Shown: one piece after another, positions 16,796-24,978 of the stretch | How the letters are laid out: each line of letters starts with the position of its first letter | Position numbering within the stretch: the first letter of the stretch is position 1 | NCBI GenBank assembly: GCA_964421155.1 | Contig: CAYQVV010000001.1 | Span: 9,965-48,727 of the forward strand | Direction of reading: 5' to 3' | Origin: an uncultured Elusimicrobiaceae bacterium | Lineage (GTDB): Bacteria > RUG730 | DNA: 38,763 nt | Translations under genes and position numbers: made by a program | Notes under the pieces: generated by a model | Databases searched by the model: none | Seen by the model: only the letters and a program-made list of their open reading frames with translations | What the model was told of the DNA's origin: nothing

Positions 16796-18115
16796 TTATT
16801 TTGAAAAAATATAATTTATAGTTTTTTTTGTAGCACCTTGACTGGATTTTAAACATTGCAATCCTTTATGTATAATTATATTTTTTTCTAACTCATTCTT
16901 CTCATCTAAAAAAAATTTTAACTTTTCAAATAATTCCTTTTCGTTTTTTACTTGAATAGCTCCATCTGCTTCTAATAATTTGTCAGTTATGTCTTGAAAA
17001 TTTGACATATATTTTCCAAATATAGTTAATTTTGCAAGGCTTACAGGTTCTACAATATTTTGTCCACCTTTATTAACTAAACTTCCTCCAACAAAGACTA
17101 TATCTGAATTTTTATAAATATTAATTAGTTCTCCAAAAACATCTAAAATTATAACATTAAAATTAAAATTATTTTGTTTTTTTGACATAATATTTTTTAA
17201 TTCAGAAAATAGAATATATTTAAAATTATATTTTTCTATAATTTTTATTATTTTAGAAATATTCTTGAAATGCCTAGGAGCTATAAAAAAAATTAAATTA
17301 AAATTTTCTTTAAATTTATTTTTTAATTCAAAAAATGTTTTTATTAGTATTTCTTCTTCTCCATTTCTAATACTTCCAGCAGAAATAAATTTATTTTTAA
17401 TTTTATTAAAATTTGGTTTTAGTATAGAGAAATTGTCTTTTTTATAATCTATATCATTTGCTATTTTAATTAAGTCATATTTTAAGTTTTCTAGAGATAT
17501 GATTCTTTTTTTGTTAACTTCTAATTTTGAAAATCTTTTTTTATTTTCTTCAGATTGAGTAAATATTATATCAAATTTTTGCAATATTTTTGTAATAAAT
17601 TTTACATTTAAAAAATTATTTAATTTTAGATATTTTGGAAAGCTTTTATTTGAAAGTCTAGCATTTATTATGTATTTTTGGACATTTATTTTATCCAAAG
17701 CTAAAATATAAGAAGGCCAGATTTCAGTTTCTATTGATATGAATTTTTGAATTTTTAAATTGTCAGCCCAGTTTAAAATCATTGGAAAAAAATCAAAAGG
17801 AGCATATTTTATTGTAATGTTTTGCTCAGAAGAAATATTTTTTTGAGCTAGAGCGAACCCAGTTTTTGTAACAACTGTTAAAATTATAGGTTCAAAAGTT
17901 TTTTTTCTAATTTCTTCAATAACTTTTTTTGCAATTTTTGTTTCTCCTATAGATGAAGCATGAATCCAAATAAAATCAGTATCATCTACATTATAAAGAC
18001 AAAATCTATCAATTAGTATTTTTTTATTTCCAGTTAAAATATAGTATGGAACAAAAAATATAAAGCTTAAAAGCCAAATTAAGTTATAAATAAAAAATAG
18101 TAAATAAAATATCAT
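16796..18115 (-). CDS. waaA: 3-deoxy-D-manno-octulosonic acid (Kdo) transferase
   Basis: 439 aa. N-terminal membrane anchor, IWIHASSIGE motif, GT30 two-domain length, C-terminal VGGSLVNKGGQNIVEP. Confidence 0.88.
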   Translation of the reverse strand: MIFYLLFFIYNLIWLLSFIFFVPYYILTGNKKILIDRFCLYNVDDTDFIWIHASSIGETKIAKKVIEEIRKKTFEPIILTVVTKTGFALAQKNISSEQNITIKYAPFDFFPMILNWADNLKIQKFISIETEIWPSYILALDKINVQKYIINARLSNKSFPKYLKLNNFLNVKFITKILQKFDIIFTQSEENKKRFSKLEVNKKRIISLENLKYDLIKIANDIDYKKDNFSILKPNFNKIKNKFISAGSIRNGEEEILIKTFFELKNKFKENFNLIFFIAPRHFKNISKIIKIIEKYNFKYILFSELKNIMSKKQNNFNFNVIILDVFGELINIYKNSDIVFVGGSLVNKGGQNIVEPVSLAKLTIFGKYMSNFQDITDKLLEADGAIQVKNEKELFEKLKFFLDEKNELEKNIIIHKGLQCLKSSQGATKKTINYIFSK

Positions 18116-18132
18116 AATAAAAAAACTCCAGA

Positions 18133-18298
18133 TAGAGCGAATCTCATATAAAATTATCGTTCATGAAAAAATAAGTTTTTAAGCGAGACAAGGCATTTTT
18201 AACGAGCATAATGAGATTAATTATGTTAGTTAAAAATAACGAAGTCGTAGCAGAAAAATTGTTTTTGTAATAGGTCATTTTATATGAGATTCGCTCTA
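18133..18298. repeat. Long imperfect inverted repeat forming a 166-nt hairpin in the obg-waaA spacer
   Basis: Perfect 22-bp arms tagagcgaatctcatataaaat (18133-18154) and attttatatgagattcgctcta (18277-18298), checked base by base. The 122-nt interior is itself an imperfect palindrome. Its apical stem is 18207-18212/18220-18225 with the 7-nt loop gagatta, and A5/T5 blocks pair at 18196-18200/18232-18236 and 18176-18180/18254-18258. Confidence 0.8.
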
Positions 18299-18329
18299 AA
18301 ACATAAAAATTTAAATAAAATGAAAATGT

Positions 18330-19643
18330 TTAATATTTATAATAAAATTCAAATTTTCCAATAATAACTAGATCTCCTTCTTCTATTCCTTGTTTTTTTA
18401 ATTCTTCATCTATCCCCATTTTTATGAGTATATTTTGAAATCTAATTAGAGATTCAGGTTCGTTTAAATATGTCATTGCAGTTATAGTTTCAATTTTTTT
18501 TCCTTTTATAATGAATGCATCTTCGGTTTTTTCAATTCTAAACTCGTCTTCTAATTTTATTTCAGGAATATTTTCTTCTATTATGCTGACTTCATTATCT
18601 AATTCATTTTCAAATGTTTTCATAAATTCATATAAATAATTCAGAAAATCTTTCAATCCTAATTTTGACAAAGAAGATATTTCAAATATTTCTATGATTT
18701 TATATTTTTTATTATTTTTAATTTTTGTTTTAATTTTTTCTAATGCGGTTCTATTTTTTTTATTTTCTTGAAAAGTGTCCATTTTTGTAATTAGGACTAT
18801 TTGTTTTTTATTTATTAAATTTTCATTATATAAAAACAGTTCTTCATTCATTTTCATAAAATTTTTGTATAAATCATTTTCATTTTCATATCCATTTATG
18901 TCTAATAAATGAAATAATATTTTTGTTCTTTCTACATGTCTTAAAAAATCTAGTCCTAAACCAACTCCTGCATGAGCTCCTTCTATAATTCCAGGAATAT
19001 CCGCTATAACGAATTGTTTGTCAAAATATTCAATAACACCAAGATTTGGAGATATTGTTGTAAAAGGATAGTCTGCTATTTTTGGTTTAGCTTTTGTTAC
19101 ATTTGCTAAAAATGTAGATTTTCCTGCATTTGGATATCCTAATAAACCTATTTTAGCTATAAGTTTTAATTCTAATATTAAAGTAATTTCTTCTCCTGGT
19201 TCTCCTTTTTCAGCGATTCTAGGAGCAGTTCTATTGTGAGTTTTAAAGGTTGCATTTCCTCTTCCACCTCTTCCTCCATTTGCAACCTTGACTTTGTCAC
19301 CTTGTTTAACTAAATCAGCTTTAAATGTTTTTGTTTGATTCTTTTCATCATATATGAATATTTGGGTTCCAACAGGAACATTTATATATAGATCTTCCCC
19401 TTTTTTTCCATTTTTTGTTGAACCTTTTCCATGCATCCCTTCGTCTGATTCAAAATGCCTTTTCCTTGTAAAATCGTATAATGTTCCATATCTTTTATCA
19501 GCTATAATATATACATTTCCACCATTTCCACCATTTCCACCATCAGGGCCACCAAATTCTATATATTTTTCTCTATGAAAGCTTATACATCCATCTCCAC
19601 CTTTCCCAGACTTAACAAAAATTTTTATAATATCTAAAAACAT
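18330..19643 (-). CDS. obg: GTPase Obg/CgtA
   Basis: 437 aa. Obg fold with GGDGCISFHREKY and glycine-rich GGNGGNGGNV. G-domain GYPNAGKST / DIPGII / TKMD. C-terminal OCT-like domain. Confidence 0.95.
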   Translation of the reverse strand: MFLDIIKIFVKSGKGGDGCISFHREKYIEFGGPDGGNGGNGGNVYIIADKRYGTLYDFTRKRHFESDEGMHGKGSTKNGKKGEDLYINVPVGTQIFIYDEKNQTKTFKADLVKQGDKVKVANGGRGGRGNATFKTHNRTAPRIAEKGEPGEEITLILELKLIAKIGLLGYPNAGKSTFLANVTKAKPKIADYPFTTISPNLGVIEYFDKQFVIADIPGIIEGAHAGVGLGLDFLRHVERTKILFHLLDINGYENENDLYKNFMKMNEELFLYNENLINKKQIVLITKMDTFQENKKNRTALEKIKTKIKNNKKYKIIEIFEISSLSKLGLKDFLNYLYEFMKTFENELDNEVSIIEENIPEIKLEDEFRIEKTEDAFIIKGKKIETITAMTYLNEPESLIRFQNILIKMGIDEELKKQGIEEGDLVIIGKFEFYYKY

Positions 19644-19672
19644 AATTTAAAAGTATCCTTTTTTTTATAAAT

Positions 19673-20215
19673 TTATAATGAAAATAGAGGAAGTTTTTCT
19701 AAATATACAATATCTGTTCTATTAGCAGCATCTCCTTCTGCTAATACTGCCATTTTTTGGCTAATATTGCCACCCATTTTTTCTACTAATTTTTCAAGAC
19801 AAAATAGAGATCCTCCAGTACTTATAACATCATCTACAATTAACACTTTTTTATTTGTCAGCATTTCCCCATCTTTTTTATCTAAATATAATGTTTGTGT
19901 GGATGCTGTTGTTATAGATTTTACATCTATAGAAACCGGTTCTTTCATGTAAAGTTTTTTTGATTTTCTTGCTAGTATATAATTTTTTCCAGATTGTTTT
20001 GACATTTCATATGCTAAAGGGATTCCTTTTGATTCTGCTGTTATTATTATATCAAAATCTTTTGATTTTTTTAGAAGTTCTTTTGCTGAATGAATAGTCA
20101 GTTCAATATCTGAAAACATTATGAATGCAGCAATTGCTAAAGAATCATTAATTCTACATATAGGTAAATTTCTTTCTAATCCGGAAATATTTATTTTATA
20201 AAAATTAGTGTTCAT
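19673..20215 (-). CDS. Type I phosphoribosyltransferase, probably purine (adenine/xanthine) salvage
   Basis: PRPP-binding motif VLIVDDVISTGGS. About 180 aa from ATG 20215-20213, which lies 1 nt after the TAA (20219-20217) of the upstream Pfs-LuxS ORF. The 24-codon N-terminal extension in the track would overlap that gene, so I do not accept it. Confidence 0.7.
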   Translation of the reverse strand: MNTNFYKINISGLERNLPICRINDSLAIAAFIMFSDIELTIHSAKELLKKSKDFDIIITAESKGIPLAYEMSKQSGKNYILARKSKKLYMKEPVSIDVKSITTASTQTLYLDKKDGEMLTNKKVLIVDDVISTGGSLFCLEKLVEKMGGNISQKMAVLAEGDAANRTDIVYLEKLPLFSL

Positions 20216-20216
20216 T

Positions 20217-21389
20217 TTATTCCTCATATTTAAAAAAATTTTTTTCTTTAATTTCTTCCAAATATTTTTTGCATAGAGTTTTTGCAAGTTCTAAATTATG
20301 ATTTTTTGAGTTCCCGCATTCAATTTTTGTAGATCCAAATATTTCATTTGACGATATTGTTTTTTCAAGAGCTTCTTCAGTTAATATTTTTGCTTCTTTA
20401 TAATCAATATTTCTCAATAATAAATAGAATCCAGTTCCACATGCCATTGCTCCAAAATATATTATATTATCTTTTGCATAGCTATTTCTCAAGAATGTTG
20501 CCATTTGATGTTCTACAGTATGCATAGCATCTACAGGAATAAAATCATCATTATTTGGAATCTTAAATCTTAAATCATATGTGAAAATATCCCCATCTAT
20601 TCTTGATGTGTAAAATCCTATATCAAGCTTATTGTGATCTATATTGAATGAAGGAATTCTTTTTGTTAATTTATTTTCAATTATTAATTTTATTACTTCT
20701 AAATAATTATAAACTATATTTTTTGTTGATTTATTAAAATCATCTTGAGAGTTTTCGTCTTGAACAATATCTGATATAGCTTTTATAAATATAGTTGGTA
20801 TATTGTGTTTTTTTGCAGTTATTATTATTCCAGCAGATTCCATTTCGCAAATATCAGCTTCAAAATTATTTATTATATACTCTTGAAAATTTTTATCAGC
20901 TATAAATTTGTCTCCACTTGCACATCGGACTAATTTTATTTTATCATTATAAATTTTTTGCAAAGCTTGAAAATAGCTTATGTCGGCTTCAAAATAATTT
21001 TTTTCATACTCAGGGTATTGTCCTACTTTCGTTCCATTTATTGCACTGAGGTCGAAATCATAATGAACTACATCTTTAACCATAAAAATATCACCTATTT
21101 TGTGATCTTTTTTATTAAAACTTCCGCATAATCCTACATTTATTATACAGTCAATATTTTCTTTTCCTTCTAATAAATTTATCAATGCCTCTGTTGCAGT
21201 AGCTGCATTTATTTCTCCGATTCCACTTTTAGTTATTAGTATATCATTTTTTGTATAAAAAACTCTATTTAGATATTCAAATTTTTCATATGGAGTAATC
21301 ATTTCTAATATTGGATTTAGTTCAGAATCCATTGCGATTACGAAACATTTAAATTTTATATTTTTGTTTAAAAAAAATTTTTTTAGCAT
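20217..21389 (-). CDS. mtnN/luxS: Bifunctional fusion of MTA/SAH nucleosidase (Pfs/MtnN, about aa 14-240) and S-ribosylhomocysteine lyase (LuxS, about aa 245-388)
   Basis: The N-terminal half carries Pfs hallmarks: VIAMDSE, SGIGEINAA, CEMESAG and KAISD, matching E. coli AMEEE, SGIGKVAAA, VEMEATA and RAISD. The C-terminal half carries LuxS hallmarks: FNIDHNKL, LRFKIPN, metal ligands HTVEH (H290, H294), catalytic Cys in MACGTGFY (C317) and the third metal ligand in IECGNSKNH (C358). One uninterrupted 390-codon frame. Confidence 0.85.
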   Translation of the reverse strand: MLKKFFLNKNIKFKCFVIAMDSELNPILEMITPYEKFEYLNRVFYTKNDILITKSGIGEINAATATEALINLLEGKENIDCIINVGLCGSFNKKDHKIGDIFMVKDVVHYDFDLSAINGTKVGQYPEYEKNYFEADISYFQALQKIYNDKIKLVRCASGDKFIADKNFQEYIINNFEADICEMESAGIIITAKKHNIPTIFIKAISDIVQDENSQDDFNKSTKNIVYNYLEVIKLIIENKLTKRIPSFNIDHNKLDIGFYTSRIDGDIFTYDLRFKIPNNDDFIPVDAMHTVEHQMATFLRNSYAKDNIIYFGAMACGTGFYLLLRNIDYKEAKILTEEALEKTISSNEIFGSTKIECGNSKNHNLELAKTLCKKYLEEIKEKNFFKYEE

Positions 21390-21528
21390 ATTAATATAAT
21401 CCTTGTTTTTAATGTTACATTTTAATATTATATAAATTATTATTAATTATTGATGTTTAATAAGAAAATGTATTTAGAAATTATATATTTTTTAAAAGTT
21501 TATGTCTAATTAAAAATATGAGGATTTT

Positions 21529-22383
21529 ATGAATGATAAAAGAGTTGTTTTGATTACAGGATGTTCTAGTGGATTTGGTTTATTGATATCAAAAATTTTA
21601 TCTACAAAAAAAGATATTATAGTTTGTTCAACTATGAGAGATTTAAATAAACAAGATTTTTTATTGAATGAAGTAAAAAAAGTTAATGGAAGTATTGATA
21701 TCTTTGAACTAGATATAACTAAAAAAGAAAATATAGAAAATTGTGTAAATTCTATAATAAAAAAATATGGAAAAATAGACAGTTTAGTTAATAATGCAGG
21801 GCAGGCTTTTGGAGGTTTTTTTGAAGATTTAACAGAAGAAGAATATAGATTACAAATGGAGATTAATTTTTTTGGACATTTAAATTTAATAAGAAAAGTT
21901 TTGCCTAATATGCACAAAAATAAAAATGGGAAAATTATAAATATATCTAGTATTGCAGGGTTGATTTCATATCCAGGATTAGGAGCATATAATTCTAGTA
22001 AGTGGGCATTTGATGGATTTTCAGAAAGTTTGAGACATGAACTTGCACCATTTGGAATAAAAGTTTTTTTGATTGAACCAGGAAGTTTTGATACTAGAAT
22101 TTTTGGCGAAAATGCTAAATTTGCGAAAGATTATAAAAATATTGAAAGTAAATATTATAATTTTACAAAAAATATGATTACAGATAGGATTAATAATAAA
22201 AATAAAAAGAGAGGGAATCCAGAAAAAGTTGCAATGAAAGTTGTTGACATAATAGAAAATCGTAGAAAAAAATTTAGAAATGTAATAGGATTAGATGCTA
22301 GAGTTTCTTTGTTTATTAAGAGAGTTTTTCCTTTTTGTTTTTTTGAGAAAATAGTTCAATATTTAGCTTTTTATAAAAAATAA
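21529..22383 (+). CDS. Short-chain dehydrogenase/reductase (classical SDR)
   Basis: 284 aa. VVLITGCSSGFG cofactor loop, NNAG, catalytic S...YNSSK. Confidence 0.85.
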   Translation: MNDKRVVLITGCSSGFGLLISKILSTKKDIIVCSTMRDLNKQDFLLNEVKKVNGSIDIFELDITKKENIENCVNSIIKKYGKIDSLVNNAGQAFGGFFEDLTEEEYRLQMEINFFGHLNLIRKVLPNMHKNKNGKIINISSIAGLISYPGLGAYNSSKWAFDGFSESLRHELAPFGIKVFLIEPGSFDTRIFGENAKFAKDYKNIESKYYNFTKNMITDRINNKNKKRGNPEKVAMKVVDIIENRRKKFRNVIGLDARVSLFIKRVFPFCFFEKIVQYLAFYKK

Positions 22384-22470
22384 AAATAAAACTTGAAAAT
22401 ATAAAAAAGTGTGTTATTTTATTATAATAATGTCAGTGTATTTCCATAATTTTTTATATGAGGATTAATT

Positions 22471-24207
22471 TTGAAAAATAAATATTATATTTTTCTTTTA
22501 TTATTTTTATTGTTTTTATTTAATAATAATAATTTAATTGCAGATTCTTATAAAAATAAAAATATAAAATCTTTAGTTTCTCTAGTAAATGGTGCATCAA
22601 AACTAGTTCAAATAGAAGAAGAAAATGCATTTAAAAAATTTAAAGAGTATAAAAGTAACTGGTTTAATAAAAATGATTTTATTTTAGTTTTTGATTTGAA
22701 TGGAAATTGTATTGTAAATAATGATATATTAAAAAAAGAAATTGTTATAATGAATGGAAGAGTAGTAAGCCAAGAAGAATTTAGAAAATGGCTCTTATTT
22801 GAAACTAAAATATCTAATGAAAAAGAAGGTTTTGTATATTATTTATCAAAAGAATCTGATAATATTTTACCTGTATGGAAAACTTTATTTTTTAAGATAG
22901 TAAAAACATCTTCATCAGAGTATATTATTGCTACATTTAAGGGTAATGTTAAATTAGAAGAACAATTGGTTTTGAAAGAATTAGATGAAATTTCTGGATT
23001 ATTAAATTTGAAAGGTTTTATGTCTTTTCCTGTTATTAGAAGAAAAGTCTCTAATTTTTTTGGAGAGGAAAATTTTTTATTTATAATAGATGAAGAAGGA
23101 AATGTTATTTTTAATACAGGGACTAAAAAAAATTTTAGAAAAGAAAATATTTTAGATTCACAAGATTCATTAAATAATTATTTTATAAAAGATATTATAA
23201 AATTTTCAAAAATAAACAATAATGGCAAGATAATTTATTATTGCCCAAAGATAGATCCAACTCTTGCTTACGCAAGACATATATATTTTAAGACACAAAT
23301 GTTTGAAAATAAAAAAGTTATAATATGTTATAGTGTGTTATTTGATGACGCTATTTGTTTTAATATAGAAAAAAACAAAAATGATATATTTGAAGTTAAA
23401 TATTTGACTAAAAAAATATCAGACGAAATTCAAAAAATAGGCTTTGATAATTTTAAAACAAAATTGAAAAATAAAGAAATAAATTTTATAAATGATGATA
23501 CTAAAAATGCTTTTTTTGTTATAGATTTTAATAATCAAAAAATTATTTTAGACAGTGTAAATTTAGATGAGGAAGATAAGTATATAAAAAACTTGAGAAG
23601 TAGTAATGAAAAGTCTATTTGGAAAAATATTAATTTAATATTAGATAATAATAATAATAGAGGATGGCTTAATTTTTCTATAGATAATGATAAAGACGAA
23701 TTTTCTGTATTTAAAAAATGGCAATGGTATTTTGTTTATTTGAATAAAGTTAATATAGATAATAATTTTTATGTAATTTGTGTAGTTTCTAATATTAATA
23801 AAGTGGAAAAAGAGTTTTTAGAAGAAAATAATAAAATTGTTAAAAGTATTGTTACCAAAAGTTTAAAAGACGGAAAAATTTCAAAAGATGTTAAAGATAT
23901 TTTGAATAGTTTAGTTATAAATAATACTAGACTTTTTTTTGTTGATATGTTTGGAATTCAAATTTTTGATTCAGAATTTTTTTATATAGACAATACAAAT
24001 ATTTTAAAAATGAAAGATGCTGATGGAAATTTTATAGTTAAAAATTATTTAAATTTAATGAAAAAAAATTCTAATCATAGTTGGATGGAGTATAATTTTA
24101 AAAATACAAATGGAAACTTTGAAAGAAAATCTTTATATTTAGACAAGATAGAAGAAAATGATAAGTTTTATGTTATAGGTACAGAGGCAGATTTTATAGA
24201 ATCTTAA
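22471..24207 (+). CDS. Secreted protein composed of four tandem Cache-like (sCache_2-type) modules, with no output domain
   Basis: 578 aa. TTG start with SD gagg 7 nt upstream. N-terminal signal-like YYIFLLLFLLFLFNNNNLIA. Four roughly 130-aa units (about aa 30-160, 165-290, 300-445, 450-578) each contain helix, F(I/V)(F/I)D..G..I, then G(W/F)..Y and Y(V/I)I(G/C). The last unit is the clearest: LFFVDMFGIQIFD...LKMKDADGNFIVKNYLNLMKK..HSWMEYNFKN...KSLYLDKI...FYVIGTE. Confidence 0.6.
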   Translation: MKNKYYIFLLLFLLFLFNNNNLIADSYKNKNIKSLVSLVNGASKLVQIEEENAFKKFKEYKSNWFNKNDFILVFDLNGNCIVNNDILKKEIVIMNGRVVSQEEFRKWLLFETKISNEKEGFVYYLSKESDNILPVWKTLFFKIVKTSSSEYIIATFKGNVKLEEQLVLKELDEISGLLNLKGFMSFPVIRRKVSNFFGEENFLFIIDEEGNVIFNTGTKKNFRKENILDSQDSLNNYFIKDIIKFSKINNNGKIIYYCPKIDPTLAYARHIYFKTQMFENKKVIICYSVLFDDAICFNIEKNKNDIFEVKYLTKKISDEIQKIGFDNFKTKLKNKEINFINDDTKNAFFVIDFNNQKIILDSVNLDEEDKYIKNLRSSNEKSIWKNINLILDNNNNRGWLNFSIDNDKDEFSVFKKWQWYFVYLNKVNIDNNFYVICVVSNINKVEKEFLEENNKIVKSIVTKSLKDGKISKDVKDILNSLVINNTRLFFVDMFGIQIFDSEFFYIDNTNILKMKDADGNFIVKNYLNLMKKNSNHSWMEYNFKNTNGNFERKSLYLDKIEENDKFYVIGTEADFIES

Positions 24208-24246
24208 TCATAATAAAATTGATTTTTTTTGTTATAAGAGTATAAT

Positions 24247-24507
24247 ATGTATATTGGAAAATTAGATGATTTAGAGAAGAAAATTAAATTTTTACTAGAC
24301 TATATTTTAGAATTGAAAAAATTAAATTTAGAATATTCTAAGCAAATTTCAGAAAATAAAATAAAAATTAAAATGAAAGACTTAGATCTTTTTGAGTTTA
24401 ATAAAAAAATTTTAGATTATGAAAAGAAAGAAAAAAAATATAGAGATATAAAAAAAAGATTAGAATTTCTATTAGAAAAAATAGAAAAATTAGAATATAA
24501 ATTATAA
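24247..24507 (+). CDS. Small all-coiled-coil protein (ZapB-like), immediately upstream of zapA
   Basis: 86 aa, heptad-rich and Lys/Glu/Leu-rich. 2-nt gap to zapA. The function is inferred from position only. Confidence 0.45.
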   Translation: MYIGKLDDLEKKIKFLLDYILELKKLNLEYSKQISENKIKIKMKDLDLFEFNKKILDYEKKEKKYRDIKKRLEFLLEKIEKLEYKL

Positions 24508-24509
24508 TT

Positions 24510-24791
24510 ATGGCTAAAGAAGTAATTGTTAAAATTTTGAATAGAGATTATTTTTTAGAAGACGATGGTGACCCTTTATTTTTGAATGCATTGGGTAAAT
24601 ATGTTGAAGAAAAGATGATAGAAATATCAGAAACTAGAAAAATTGTTGATACTAGCAAAATTGCAGTTATGACATCAATTTTGCTCTGTAAAGAACTTTT
24701 TGAAATGAAAGCTAAAGTAGAAAAAATTGACAAAAGTTTAGATTTATTAAATTCAGATTTATCAAAAAAGATAGAGAATTTAGAAAAATAA
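24510..24791 (+). CDS. zapA: Cell division protein ZapA
   Basis: 93 aa. VKILNRDYFLEDDGDP..L..LGKYVEEKM.EI......VDTSKIAVMTSILLCKELFE matches the ZapA pattern (V.I.GR.Y.L......E..L...A..VD.K......S...AVLAALN). Followed by a C-terminal coiled coil. Confidence 0.8.
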   Translation: MAKEVIVKILNRDYFLEDDGDPLFLNALGKYVEEKMIEISETRKIVDTSKIAVMTSILLCKELFEMKAKVEKIDKSLDLLNSDLSKKIENLEK

Positions 24792-24801
24792 TTTTAATTT
24801 T

Positions 24802-24955
24802 AGCCTGCTCTGTTCGTTAAGTTATTGTTAGCATTTTGGAACTATGTTTAGATAAGAGGGAGTTTGGAGTTAGTGTAGATCTTGGTCTATATTACAGAAC
24901 ACCCACCTAGTAGATAGGTTTCCTTATCGGCATAACTTTACGGCAGTTGCGGGTT
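24802..24955 (+). ncRNA. ssrS: Candidate 6S RNA
   Basis: The 187-nt non-coding gap after zapA is clearly GC-richer than its surroundings. A long closing helix forms between AGCCUGC-U-CUGUU(C)GUUAAGUUAU (24802 onward) and AUAACUUUACGGCAG-UU-GCGGGUU (ending 24955), including G-U pairs that form only on the + strand. Further GGAA/UUCC and CUAU/AUAG pairs flank an unpaired central region. Synteny matches E. coli zapA-ssrS-ygfA, with the cyclo-ligase here one gene further on. Ends are approximate. Confidence 0.55.
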
Positions 24956-24978
24956 TTATCTAAAAAAAGAGAGTCCTT

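Noticed and set aside
18144-18278. 44-codon minus-strand ORF (MTYYKNNFSATTSLFLTNIINLIMLVKNALSRLKTYFFMNDNFI) spanning the long hairpin; considered as a type I toxin-like peptide
   Set aside because: - There is no SD upstream of its ATG.
- The start and stop codons both fall inside the perfect inverted-repeat arms, so the frame is a by-product of the palindrome.
- The hydrophobic stretch is weak.
19514-19540. 9-nt tandem repeat catttccac x3 on the plus strand
   Set aside because: It encodes the conserved glycine-rich GGNGGNGGN segment of the Obg fold, so it reflects a protein-level constraint rather than a DNA-level feature.
21510-21917. 135-aa minus-strand ORF overlapping the SDR 5' half
   Set aside because: It is antisense to the SDR cofactor-binding region, which carries clear TGxxxGxG and NNAG motifs. 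The ORF itself has no recognisable features.
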